Below, piece after piece: positions 12,425-25,440 of a stretch of 64,000 nucleotides of DNA. Source of the DNA: the human T2T-CHM13v2.0 reference genome, Homo sapiens. How positions within the stretch are numbered: position 1 is the first letter of the stretch; each line of letters starts with the position of its first letter. The DNA is taken from NCBI RefSeq assembly GCF_009914755.1, contig NC_060939.1; one strand, 5' to 3'. The notes beneath the pieces were generated by a model. The model was given only the letters and a program-made list of their open reading frames with translations, searched no databases and was not told the origin of the DNA. A program made the translations under genes and the position numbers.

Positions 12425-13428
12425 TATCCACAGCCATAATCTTTATTTCCACATAGGGTCTTCAGATTTCTGTTTGCATTAGTTAGAAAACTCAGGTAGC
12501 TTTTTTGACATAGATCACACCTCCTCATGGGAAATACTATCCATCAGCTTTAGGGGCCTGTTGTAACTTTAGTCTCACCGTGAGTCTAGAAGAAACACAG
12601 CTGTCAGGGGTGGGTCTTGAAGATAATCAGCAATGTATTGCTTGACAGCTGCTTCAGGGGAAGCCATTACCGTTTCCTTAGGCATTGTAGATGTAAGCTA
12701 CTCAGACACATATGGAAAGGCCTACATCACTTTGTGTGGGAAGGCCATTGCCAAGGGGGTGGCTGTGAGGAGGCCACTTCTGCTGGCAATAAAAACTCAT
12801 TAGAATTTAGGAGATCAGTGTCCCCAGCCACATCAGTCTTCCCATCCATCCTCATCCCAAGTTACAGGATGCTATTCTTTCTCAACTTCCACTTCAACAG
12901 TAGACACCCTGCCAGGCTGAGGAGTTAAATGTTTCCTGTCATTCAGCCAGAGGCATGATAAGGGCTTGTGTTTGACTTTTAGCAAATACTTCCCTGTGGC
13001 TACAAGAGAGTTTTCTGGCTCAGAGCACAGGTAGAAACTCTTAGGCTGTTTATGTGGAGCTGGTTCTGCAAAATTGAATCCCTAAGCTCATTATTGTCTT
13101 TCATCAAATTTCCCAGTGAATTAGAAGCAACAAACCCGTCATCATTATGTTCCATGGTTTTACGCAAATGTCTGTATCACATACAGACTAAACAAGTACC
13201 TTGCCTCTTATCAGTGTTTAATTAAGAGTATCAAGTGCAGATATTTTGGGGATCTCTAAAAACAGTTCATGTCATTGACTGTCATTGCTCTTTCTACTGT
13301 TAGAAGTACAGTTCTTAGAATTTAGGTCCAATCAGATTAGAAAGCCTATTCTATAAACCCCAAATTTGATTAAGGACATTCATCCTTAAAATTCTCTTCC
13401 TGTAGAACCGTTCTTACTACCAAAATCT

Positions 13429-13524
13429 ATACTAGTCAGGGTTATCTATAGCAACAGAACCATTAGGATAGATACGTAGCAGCTAGCTAGCGATAGACAG
13501 ACAGACAGACAGATACATAGATAC

Positions 13525-13580
<56 letters not shown>

Positions 13581-13745
13581 GGATTTCTAGGGGAAGTGAA
13601 TCACATGATTATGGAGGCTGAGTGTTTCCACCACATGCCATGTAAAGCTGGAGATCCTAGGATGCTTGTTGGGTACCATAGTCTAAGTCCAAAATGCTCA
13701 AACCAGAGAAAACCTTGGTTAAACCCTCAGTATGAGGCTGAATGC
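13429..13745 (-). mobile_element. MLT2 LTR fragment (5' LTR of the ERVL) containing a (GATA)n repeat
   Basis: tatactagtcagggttatctatagcaacagaacc...cacatgattatggaggctgag. Confidence 0.8.
13493..13580. repeat. (GACA)n/(GATA)n tetranucleotide STR
   Basis: Direct. Confidence 0.97.
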
Positions 13746-15260
13746 CATCAGAAAGTCTTTCAATTGAGTCCCCTGTCATTTTGAAATACCACCATAGTTA
13801 CGATTTGACATTGTTATGTGGCTGATTCATTGGTTGCATTGTTGTTGAGCATTTTCTCTTGTTTGATCACCACTAGATACTGCAGGCTGATTGTATTTAG
13901 TCCCTGTTCAAGTCTGTTATTGACCTTTTTCTCACAGATCCCTACCTTCTTTGTTGGAAAATGAAATTAAAAATGAAGATTTGGGCACTCACTGGTTTTA
14001 CACATTGTTACTGGGGAATGTGTTGATTGGAGGCCTTGCTAGCTAACAGAGTAAAGAGTAAATATACACATATGTTTACAAATTTCTACAAGTCTCCCTG
14101 TATATCCACATTAAATTAAACATGAATTCCTACAACGTCCTCAGTCCCACATGATCTTATTCAGCACCATGTGAATTTGTCTACCCATCTCACTAATCTG
14201 TATGTAGCCTACCACTGTAATATTTAACCACCTGAAAATGCACGCATAGTGGTTTCAGAATAAGAAACATACAACCCCATGAGAAACACCCTTACCACCT
14301 GTTTATGTATACCAACTGCTTATGTATAAATCCTTTAGCCTTTAGACAGAATCTGCACTTATTATGTCAGTTGCTTAGGTCAGTTTCTTTTTCCCCCTCC
14401 TTCAGTGGATTATTTCATAGATTTGTGTGCAGCTAAAGTATTTTCTCTGCATTTCTTCCTGAGCTGTTCCTATCTACTAAATAAGTTTTTTCGTTAATTT
14501 ACATACTTTTAGTTTCACTCTGTGTTATATAGTTTTGTGGGAGTTGAAAACCTGTATCTTTTATCCACATTACAGTAGCATACATAATAATATACAAAAA
14601 GAAATTTTCTATCTTTACAGATTTGTCTTTTCTTTTGGCTCAGACCCTGGTAACCAATAAACTCTTTACTGTCTCTATACTTATGCTTTTTCTAGATTGT
14701 CATATATTAAAAAAAAAGTATTTTGCTTTTTCCAAATTGCTTTTTGGACTTAGTAATATGCCTTTTGGATTAGTAAAGGATATCTTACGGTTGGGATTTG
14801 GATTTCCCTAATGACAGAGGCATTGAGCATCTTTCCATATGCTTATTAAACATTACTATAGCTTCTTTGGAGATATGGCTGTTCAAATTTCATATTTTTG
14901 ATTGGAGCATTAGTCTTTGGATTTTTGAGTTGTAAGATGTTGTAATATATTCTGGATTATAATATGATATAATATAATGTAATATAATATACTAGCTAGG
15001 GATTTTCAGGGTATTTGACATACCCTAGAATTGGCTATTCTTACTGGCTATTTGACATACAAAGACTTTTCTCCCATTTTTAAATTGTTTTTATTCTTTT
15101 ATTATGTACTTTCAATTATGATATATTTTATTAGTGATGTTTCAATATATCTATTTTCTCCTTCCTCTTGTGCATTAGTTGTCATATCTTAGAAACCATT
15201 GTTTAACCTTTGTTAAACAATTTGTTTTTGTTTTTAGTTTTGGCTATTTAGGTGTACGAT

Positions 15261-17956
15261 TGTATTAGTCTGTTCTCAAACTGCTATAAAGAACTACCTG
15301 AGACTGGGTAATTAATAAAGAACAGTGGTATAATATATCCACAGTTCTACAGGCTGTATAAGAGGCATGACTGGGGAGACTTACAATCATGGTGAAAGGC
15401 AAAGGGGAAGCAAGCACATCTTACATGGATGGAGAAGGAGGAATAGATAGAAGAGGGATTTCCACACAGTTTTAAACAACCACATTTTGTGATAACTCAC
15501 TATCACAAGAACAGCAAGGGGGAATCGACCCTCATGAGTCAGTTGCCTCCCACCAGGCCCCTCCTCCAACATTGGAGATTACAGTTTACCATGAGATTGG
15601 GAGGTGACACAAATCTAAACCATATCATCCTGCCCCTGGCCCCTCCTAAATATCATGTTTTTCTCATATTGCAAAATACAATCATTCCTTCTCAATAGTC
15701 ACCCATATCTTAACTCATTACAGCATTAACTCAAAAGTCCACAGTCCAAAGTCTCATCAGAGATAAGGCAAGTCCCTTCTACCCATGAGCCTGTAAAATC
15801 AAAAGCAAAGTCATTACTTTCAATATACAATGGGAGTACAGGCATTGGGTAAATACCCTCATTCCAAAAGTTATAAATCAGCTAGAACAGAGAGAGGGGC
15901 AACAGGCCCCATGCAAGTTTGAAACCCAGCAGGGCAGTCATTAAATCTTAAAGCTCCAAAATGATCTCCTTTGAGTCTGCATCTCACATCCAGGCCACAC
16001 TGATGCAAAGGATGGGCTTTCAAGGCCTTGGGCAGCTCTGCCCCTCTGGCTTGGCAGGGCTCAGCTACCACGGCTGCTCTCAAGGGCTGGCATTGAGTGC
16101 CTGTGGCTTTTCCAGGCACATAGTGCAAGCTGTTGGTGGATATACCACTCTGGGTTCTGGAGGACAGTGGCCCTCTTCTCACAGTTCCACTAGGCCCGCA
16201 GTGGAGACTCTTTGTGGGGGCTCCAACTCTATACTTCTTCTCTGCACTGTCCTAGTACAGGTTTTCCCTAAGGGCTCCATCACTGCAGCAGACTTCTGCC
16301 TGGGCATCAAGGCATTTCCATGCATTCTCTGAAATCTAGGCAGAGGCTCCCAAGTCTCAACTCTTTCCCTCTTTGTACCTTCAGGCTTAACACCATGTGG
16401 AGAAACGGCCAAGGATTATGGCTTGCACCTCCTGGAGCAGTGGCCTGATATGTGTCTGGGGACCTTTTAGTCATAGCTGGAGCTGGAGGATCTGGGACAC
16501 AGGGAGCAGTTGCCCAAGGTTGCACAGGGCACCAAAGCCTTCGGCTTGGTCCTTGAAACCATTATTTTCTCCTAGGCTTTTGTGCCTATGATGTGAGGGG
16601 CTGTTGGGAAGGTTTCTGAAGTGGCTTTGAGGGATTTTCCTTATTGTCTTGGCTATGAAAATTCGGCTTCTCTTATGCGAACTTCTGCAGCTGGCTTGAG
16701 TTCCTCCCCAGAAAATGGATTCTTCTTTTTTTTGTTTTCCTTTTCTTTCTATTTTTTTCTTTTGAGATGGAGTCTCACTCTGTTGCCCAAGCTGGAGTGC
16801 AGTGGTGCAATCTGAGTTCACTACAACCTCCACCTCCCAGGTTCAAGTAATTCTTCTGCCTCAGCCTCCTGAGTAGCTGGGACTACTGGCATGTGCCACC
16901 ATGCGTGGATAATTTTTGTATTTTTAGTAGAGACACGGTTTCACCATATTGGTCAGGCTGGTCTTGAACTCCTGACCTTGTGATCCACCCACCTCAGCTC
17001 CCCAAAGTGCTGGGATTACAGGCATGAGCCACAGCACCTGGTCAGGTTTTTCTTTTTTACGAAATGGCTGGACTGCAAATTTTCTAAACTTTTATGCTCT
17101 GCCTGTTTTTTAAATATAAGTTTTAGTTTCATAGCATCCCTTTGCTCACACTATGACAATACACTGTTAGAAGCAGCGAGATGACATCTTGAACACTTTG
17201 CTGCTTAGCAATTTCTTCCACAACATACCCTAAATCATCAGTCTCAAATTCAAAGTTCCACAGATCCCTAGAGCAGGGGCACAATGCCACCAGTCTCTGT
17301 GCTAACATAACGGAAGAGTTGACCCTTACTCTAGTTCCCAATAAGTTCCTCATCTCCATCTGAGACCACCTCAGCCTGGACTTCATGTCACTATCAGCAT
17401 TGTGGTCACAACAATATAACCAATCTCTGGAAAGTTTGCAACTTCTCCTCATATTCCTCTCTTTTTCTGACCCCTCCAGACTGTTCCAACCTCTGCTCAT
17501 TACCCGGTTTCAAAGTCACTTCCATGTTTTCAAGTATCTTTATAGCAATGCCCCACTCCCAGTAGCAATTTTCTGTATTAGCCTGTTCTTGCATTGCTAT
17601 AAAGAACTAACTGAAACTGGGTAATTTATAAAGCAAAGAGGTTTAATTGACTCATAGTTCTGCAGGCTGTAGAGGAAATATGGCTGGGGAGGCCTCAGGA
17701 AACTTACAATCATGACAGAAGGAGAAGGGAAAGCAGACACATCTTTTATGGCCTGAGAAGGAAGAAGAGAAAGAAGGGTGAGGTCCTACACACTTTTAAA
17801 TAACGATATCTCATGAAAATTTTCTTACTGTCATGAGAACAGCAAGGGGAAATCTTCCCCCATTATCCAATCACCTCCCACCAGGCCCCTCCTATAACAT
17901 TGGGGATTACAATGTGGCATGAAATTTGGGCAGGAACACAAGTCCAAACCATATCA
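15261..17956 (-). mobile_element. Full MST(A)-type MaLR element: LTR 15261-15626, internal region, LTR ~17574-17956
   Basis: Two tgtattag...ccatatca LTRs around a THE1/MST-type internal region; flanks acgat/gtgac are consistent with a decayed atgat TSD; empty site tatatgattaatttgag in copy C (~40434). Confidence 0.93.
16730..17043 (-). mobile_element. AluS inside the MST internal region
   Basis: Full dimer, antisense. Confidence 0.95.
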
Positions 17957-19188
17957 GTGACTAATTTGAACTATTTATGCATATACTGTGAGGGAGGAGT
18001 TTAACTTGCCTGTTGATGTCGATGATGTCAACTTGTCCCAGAATCCATTTATTTAAAAAAGTACTTTTCCATATTGAATTTACTTGGACCCCTTGTAAAA
18101 TTATTTGACCATAAATGTAAAGGTTAACTTTTTGATATTCAATTTTATTCTATTTATCCGTATGTCTACACCACACATCTTAATTAGTATGGCTTTGTCT
18201 TTAGTTTTAAAATCAGAAAGTATGAGTCTATTTTACAAATTCTGTTTTTTTTTCAAAATTATTTTATCTCTTCTCTATTGCATTATATATACAGTTTAAA
18301 ATCTGTTTGACAAGTTAGTGAAAAAACGGTCACCTGGGATTTTCATGGAAATTGCATTAAATATATAGAGCCAGATAAAAAGTATTGTCAACTTAATAAT
18401 ATCAAGCCTTTTAATCAATGATCATTCAATATTGTCTGTTTTTATAGAAGTTTATTAATTACATTTAATATATTTTACAGTTTTCAATATACATGTCGTA
18501 CGTGTATTTTGTTAAATTTATTCTTATGTATTTTTCCTTTTGGATGCTATTTTAAATAGCATGGGTTTCTGAGTTTTTTCTTTAATTTGTTAATTTCTAG
18601 TATATAGAAGTACATATTTCTATATATTGACCTTGTGTACTGGGACTGTATTGAACTTATATTTTAATTTGCATTCTATTTTATTAGAGTCATTTTGATG
18701 TTCTATACACAAATCATGTCAATTGCCAACGGAGTTTTACTTTCTTTTATACTAGATATCTTATATTCATTTTTCTAGACTAATTGTCCTTGCTACATCC
18801 TCTAGCATAATGTGGGGAAGAATTGTGGCCAGAATGAAATTCCTTGTCTTATTTCTAATCTTGGAGAAAGTATTGAGCCTTTCAGAAAACTTTTATATCA
18901 TGTGAGGGTTTTTTTTTTTTGGATGCTTTAAAGTGAAGACATTTTCTTTATAGTCCTAATTTGCTGCATATCTTTATCATGAATGTGTTTTTGATTTGTC
19001 AAGTGCTTATTAGGTGTCTTTGAGATGATTGTGTAGGTTCTGTGCTTTATTCCATTAATACAGTGCATGAATTGTATATTGAACAAAATTTGCATTCCTG
19101 AGGAAATACCCTTAGCCATAGTTTATAATAGTCTTTGCGTGTTGCTGATTTGTTTTGCTATTATTTCCTAAAGGAATTTTGCCTCTTT

Positions 19189-20060
19189 TTTTTAATTTTT
19201 CTAAGTGTTTTTTTTCTTATTTTTATATTATACATTAAGTTTTAGGGTACGTGTGCTCAACGTGCAGGTTAGTTACATATGTATACGTGTGCCATGTTGG
19301 TGTGCTGCACCCAGTAACTCGTCATTTACATTAGGTATATCTCCTAATGCTATCCCTCCCCCTCCCCCCACCCCACAACAGCCCCGGTGTGTGATGTTCC
19401 CCTTCCTGTGTCCATGTGTTCTCATTGTTCAATTCCCACCTATGAGTGAGAACATGCTGTGTTTGATTTTTTGTCCTTGTGATAGTTTGCTGAGAATGGT
19501 GGTTTCCAGCTTCATCCATGTCCCTACAAAGGACATGAACTCATCCTTTTTTATGGCTGCATAGTATTCCATGGTATATATGTGCCACATTTTCTTAATC
19601 CAGTCTATCATTGTTGGACATTTGGCTTGGTTCCAAGTCTTTGCTATTTTGAATAGTGCCACAATAAACATACATGTTCATGTGTCTTTATAGCAGCATG
19701 ATTTATAATCCTTTGGGTATATACCCAGTAATGGGATTGCTGGGCCAAATGGTATTTCTAGTTCTAGATCCCTGAGGAATCACCACACTGACTTCCACAA
19801 TGGTTGAACTAGTTTACAGTCCCACCAACAGTGTAAAAGTGTTCCTATTTCTCCACATCCTCTCCAGCACCTGTTGTTTCCTGACTTTTTAATGATCGCA
19901 TTCTAACTGGTGTGAGATAGTATCTCATTGTGGTTTTGATTTGCATTTCTCTGATGGCCAGTGATGGTGAGCATTTTTTCGTGTGTCTTTTGGCTGCATA
20001 AATGTCTTCTTTTGACAAATGTCTCTTCATATCCTTAGCCCACTTTTTGATGGGGTTGTT
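19189..20060 (-). mobile_element. 5'-truncated young L1PA
   Basis: ORF2 C-terminus WIKKMWHIYTMEYYAAIKK...SLIGGN and 3'UTR; TSD ttttgcctcttt at 19177-19188 and 20061-20072. Confidence 0.97.
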
Positions 20061-20282
20061 TTTTGCCTCTTTATTCATAAGGCATATTGTTCTTAATTTT
20101 ACTTTCTTGAAATGTTTTGGTCTAATTGTGGTACAAGGATAAAGTACCTCATAGTGTGCATTGGGAAGTGATCTCTTCACCACTGTCATTGCTGTTGTTT
20201 AATGTTTTTAGAGAATTCATAATGAATTTGTATTATTTCTTTAAACGTATGAAATAATTTCCTAGTGAAGTCATCTTAACAT

Positions 20283-20480
20283 GGAATGGGAATTAAATCC
20301 TAACAACAATCATGTGAGCCTGGGGAGGATCCTTCCCCACGTGAGCCTTCAGGGGAGACTTCAGCCTTGGCCATCTTCTACATCTAGATTCCTGACCAAG
20401 AGAAGCTGTGAGTAATGTGTATGTGCTTTTCAGCCACTCAGCTGTGTGGGAATTTGTTACACAACAATAACTAAGTAATA
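20283..20480 (+). mobile_element. MLT1 3' fragment, landmark 2
   Basis: Paralogue of 1085-1278. Confidence 0.8.
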
Positions 20481-21190
20481 CACCTGGCATTAAATGTAAT
20501 GTGGTATCCTAGATTAGATACTGGAATAGAAAAGTGATATTATTAGAAACCTGAAGAAAACTATTAAGAAAGTCTGTAGTTCCATTGATAGTTTTATAAC
20601 ACTGTCAATTTCTCAGTTTTCATGAATAGTCTATGGTTATATAATGTGTTAACATTCCTTTAAGCTGAAAGGTATATGAAACTCTCTGCACTATATATAC
20701 CTCCTTCTGTAAGTCAAATATGATTTCAAAATAATTTTAAAATAATATTTTGGTGCAAAACAAAAGCCAACAAAAAGACATAAGCACATTAACTTGGTTT
20801 CAGGAGATGCATTGGGCAAGTAGGGAAAGGTCAGCAGTGCAGCTTTCCTAATCTATCCACCATTCGGAACCCAGGTGCACCTGCTTCAGTTAAACACAGT
20901 TAGCTCTGGGGACTCTCATCCATTTTTGTCTTTGAAATCATGCTACTCATTATCCAGGAACATTTTAAGTGTCAGTAACCACTTCTTCAGAGAGAGGCGC
21001 CTTTTCCTCATATATCCCAGAATGCCCCATTTTCAGGCATTGTCTGGCAGTTTATTCACATAATTCCACTAAAGCCTTTCGGGAAAAAATGACTGCTAGA
21101 CATTAGAAGCTGATATTGCAAAATGTCAGTGACAGGGAACACAAATTGTATTTCTACAATCAGGAGAGTGTTTTATTTCCCTTGGTACAG

Positions 21191-21350
21191 GGATTTGTTC
21201 TTCAACTGGTTATCAGATCACTGTGATAATTTCTATTTCTCTCGTCATGAATTATTTGGGACCATATATTCTGTTGCTCTTCACATCTTGGAATTATATT
21301 GTCCATTTCCAAGGTCAAAGACCACAGAATAAATGTCATCCTGGCAGCAG
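21191..21350 (+). ncRNA. Putative internal non-coding exon, copy B
   Basis: Acceptor tttcccttggtacag|ggattt; consensus donor cag|gtgagt. Confidence 0.45.
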
Positions 21351-23263
21351 GTGAGTAGGGCACACAAACAATGCTTCTAAATATGGTGGTTGATGACAGT
21401 GCTTGCTTACTAAGACCTCGATATGAGTCTGTAGACAACTGGTTTTTGGCAGGTGAAGTCATGTGAGTGAGTCAGTATATGCTTTGTATGGCTGGAGAAA
21501 GCTGAGTAGATACAAGAAAAAACAGTATGTAACAGATCTCCCCCCACCATGCAGTGATCTAAGAGATGGACCCAGGCTAAATGATGACTCTGCACGTGTT
21601 CTGGCTAAACAAAGAATCTCACAGCAGGAAGAACTGTCCAGCTGTCCCCCACATAGGTCCCTGTTGATAGTTCACAGCACTCTGCGGTGTTAGCATCAGG
21701 GTTGTGCCAAAGAACCATGCCTACAAAGCCTCCCAAGCCATGAGTCTGCATGCTGCACTCACACAGACATAGACAAAGCCAAGACTATTGCCTTTATGAT
21801 GGTCTGTAAACATGGGGCATATTCTCTATAGCACATTGATAGCTTATATGAGAAAATGAGATCTTGCAGCCTTGGGACCTAGAGTGGGAGATATGACTGA
21901 CCTCGACCACATTTTTCACTTCTGATATCAGCATAGAAGTGATTTAGGTGCTGTTATTTGAGCATCTGTACTTAAAGAAACCTTCCAAGTCTTCCAAGTT
22001 CCATATACTTTACTCTTTAAGACATGACTCCTCTTTTAAATTTGACATCTTAAAGGAGGTTTATTCCATTTTTTAAATTTTAACTGAAGATACTATAGTA
22101 CAATACTTAAATGACAGATCTTCTGTTTCTCTTCATTTTAATGCATACTTTTTGATCTATTATGATGCATACTGTGAATATTCTGCCCACCAATAAATGA
22201 CTCAAAAATGGCCAGAGTGACACATATGAGCCACAGTTAGACCTGGACATGAGTTATGAGGACTACCACATGGTGGTCACAATAATTGAGCTCTGAGTTC
22301 TCAAGTTTAAAGGAAAACAGGCACTATACACAAAACTCTACTGCCATATTATCATGGACACAAAGGACAGAGTGCTGAGCACTGAGTGCCCAACAAGTGC
22401 TTTAACAGCATGGAAGGCATGATTTCCCACAATATACTAAGCCACTAAATTCACAAAGGCCACCACAATTCTAAAAAAAGATGTCATTGCAAACAAACCC
22501 AAGTGTTAGACCACAATATAAGACAAACATCCCAACATGCTGTCTCCACACTCTAGCCTGATTAGGAGTTGTAGTTCAATGGATGAATGGCTCATATATT
22601 TAACATCATTACTTCATGTTCATGCAATTCAACCTTCCTGCAGTTTAAAACTATAGGTGAAATTTCAGTCAAAGTCCTAAATTATGAATTGTATGAGTTT
22701 CTTCTTCACTTAATATTTTCCCAGGGAAACAGGAAAACTAATTTCAATATCCTAGTGTCCAAAAGTAGAGTTTGCCAGAGTAGCAAGGGGACAGAACAAA
22801 GCATTTTATGAGGATCACAATGCATTTGCTTCTACAGTGACTATGTGTTATCACTATTTGTGTAATTAAAAGGGTGAATGAGAATGAAGAAAAACACAGA
22901 TCAAGAATGTTATAGATTAAAGAATTGAATTTGTAATGGATTAAAGAATTGAATTTGTAATGTAGCTTGCAAGGATCATTGCTAATATTTCTAATTTTAG
23001 GACACAAATTTTTTAAATATAGATTTTGCTTAGTCTTTAGAAAGGTAACACTTCAGGAAAAATTTCAAGTGTCTCTCTACAATTTATATCTTCCTCATCA
23101 ATAGATTTCTTGAACCATAGTTTATAAAACAATTACAGCAATTCACTAATAAGTCTAATATCTCTAATAACTAGGTAGAATGTAAATAGAGTTGATAAAT
23201 TAATGTGAACATATATACAAGAATGTTAATTACAGACTAAAACATAGCAGACTTGCCACCATG

Positions 23264-23395
23264 TTTTTTTTTTTTTTTTTTTTTTTGGAGACGGAGACGG
23301 AGTTCGCTTTTTCGCCCAGGCTGGAGTGAAGTGGTGCGATCTCGGCTCACTGCAAACTCCACCACCAGGGTTTAAGCGATTCTCCTGCCTCAGCC
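23264..23395 (-). mobile_element. 5'-truncated Alu (right arm)
   Basis: Poly-T plus Alu 3' part; TSD gccaccatg at 23255-23263 and 23393-23401; absent from A and E. Confidence 0.93.
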
Positions 23396-24829
23396 ACCAT
23401 GATTTAACACTGAGAAGTGGGCAGTCACAGAGAAAAAGTGTGTAAACAATTCTTTGGTACACATTTTAACATCTTTTAAAGAGAGATGCATCTTCTATTT
23501 GAAAGGGTTATAACATTATTGCCAGAAAGCAGTCATGATGTGGTTGTCCTCGGGCACACACACACGAACTTGGTCTAAACCTCCCCAAAGACATCGTTGG
23601 GTAATTATATCAAGCATCAAAACTTACAGAAGGGTTGTCAGGAGACTGGAAAGGTAAACTTACATAGAGTAGCATAGGAGTCCCATGAGAAATGCAGCAC
23701 TATCAGTGCTTGTGATTAGCACAGATGATGATATTGTGGGGAAAATCATGGACAAGATGAGTTGAAAGTGATTCAGAGAGTTTGTTCTGAATGAAATAAG
23801 TGTTAGCAATACCTTTGTAAATGTATTTTGCATATATGTTCTGTCTCATGTAATGATAGGAATGATATAAGACAAATATAAACGTGTTAGTCAAAAAAAG
23901 TTTTTAAAATAATTATAAAACTCTAATTAGAAATATTTGCTCCATTATTTATTAGTGGTTTTATTATTTCATTCTGATATGTAAATCTAAAAGATAAATC
24001 TCACAATTTATTATAAAAATTAGTCTTAATGATATGTATAGATGTGATACTATACTACATGCTTTATATATTATTTTATACAAACCCACCTGACATCTCA
24101 AGAAGTGAGCACTGTTACCACTGCCACGGGCCAGTTCTGAATCTGAGACTAAGCACTACATGAAAGGATTAAAAGTGCTTTGAGTTTGATTCAGTCTGTC
24201 TCCAAAGTCATTGCTGAAGTCAACTATGTAGAATATGTAGAATAGTTTATTTATATAATTAGTGCTTTTTAGGTCCAGTTTCAGGTATCTTACCCTACCA
24301 CATAGTCCTGAAGATATTTTCTTATGTGTTCTACCTAGTGTACTAAATATATATATATGTCTGTGATCCACCTGATTTTGTGTGTAAAATGAAGTTAAAG
24401 GTCAGATTTTAATTCCCTTGTGAATATTCAGTTTTTTGAATAGTTTTAGAAAAATTAATCTGTCCCCATTTATTGACTTACAAATGATTTGTTCATATAT
24501 ACACGTCTGTATTTATGCTGTTTTCTTTTTTCATTGGTTTATTCCTCTGTCTCTGTGCAAATGCAACACTTTCTTAGTTGCTAACAGACTTCATTTAATA
24601 CCATATTTTGTGACCATTCTCCTAATGACTGTGCTTTTCCATAATGAAGTGAAAAAAGATTAAAAATCTCCATGCCTTTCACGTACACCGATACTCTCAG
24701 CTGGTCTTTGAATCAATCAGTGGCTTTAGAGTTTCAGAATATCATTGTTGTCTCTTATGTCTGTAATGTCTTTGTTAATCTTATAAGATCCATGAACACC
24801 ACTCTTCAGTTTGTGTATTTCATACCTTC

Positions 24830-25030
24830 AACAACAGCAAGTGGTGGGAAAACCTGGAGATGCAGCCCCGGGTGCCTCCTGCCTTGCTGTAGAAGATGCT
24901 GTGGACATGGGTCTCCTCCTCCAGACAATGCACATCAAAGGCAGGACCAGCAGGGAGCCCTGAGATCAGAACCTCTCTGTGGGGTCTGCATGCACAAGGG
25001 GAGGAGCTCCCTGTTGGGTGGGGTGGGGAA
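24830..25030 (+). promoter_or_regulatory. First-exon/promoter-like module, copy B1
   Basis: gaaaacctggagatgcag...cctccagacaatg...tgcatgcacaagg; donor weakened to gg|gtgggg. Confidence 0.4.
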
Positions 25031-25254
25031 TTCAGTTATTTTATATAAGCATGAATTTGTTAAATAATCATTCTTCTTTCTGACCAATGGCACATTTCCC
25101 CTTCAGTCCTGGCACTGTAATGTTACATCTTGGTTTTTGGTTTTGTGTACAAATGTGTTTAACACTGTGTATTAAACACAAGGAAACACTCTTTTGTTGG
25201 TCACATAGCCATCATGTACAACCAAATTTATACTTTTGTATTTTTCCAAAACAA

Positions 25255-25440
25255 ACATCCCTGGGTGTTTCGTGCACACACACAGACAACTCACTAGACA
25301 AGGTTTACCTCCTCCAGACCACGCCTATCCAAGACAGTGCCTAAGTAGAGGCAGGAGAGTTGAGCCTGTCTCTGTGGTATCTTCATGGGAAACACCAACA
25401 TTTTCTTGCTCTACTTCTGGTGTTGGTTGGGGAATTCGGT
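25255..25440 (+). promoter_or_regulatory. More diverged module copy B2
   Basis: cctcctccagaccacgcc...ggggaattcggttattt, followed by the same downstream AT-rich block. Confidence 0.3.

Larger units (their letters stand above)
11190..13428 (-). mobile_element. ERVL (HERVL/MLT2-type) internal 5' leader and gag remnant
   Basis: Minus strand starts gattttggtagtaagaacggttctacag immediately after an MLT2-like LTR, matching the ERVL leader; decayed gag-like sequence follows. Confidence 0.75.

Noticed and set aside
23720-23795. C/D box snoRNA candidate (atgatga...ctga)
   Set aside because: No terminal stem; the D box is absent in A (~3942) and both boxes are altered in E (~56865); no resemblance to SNORD115/116.
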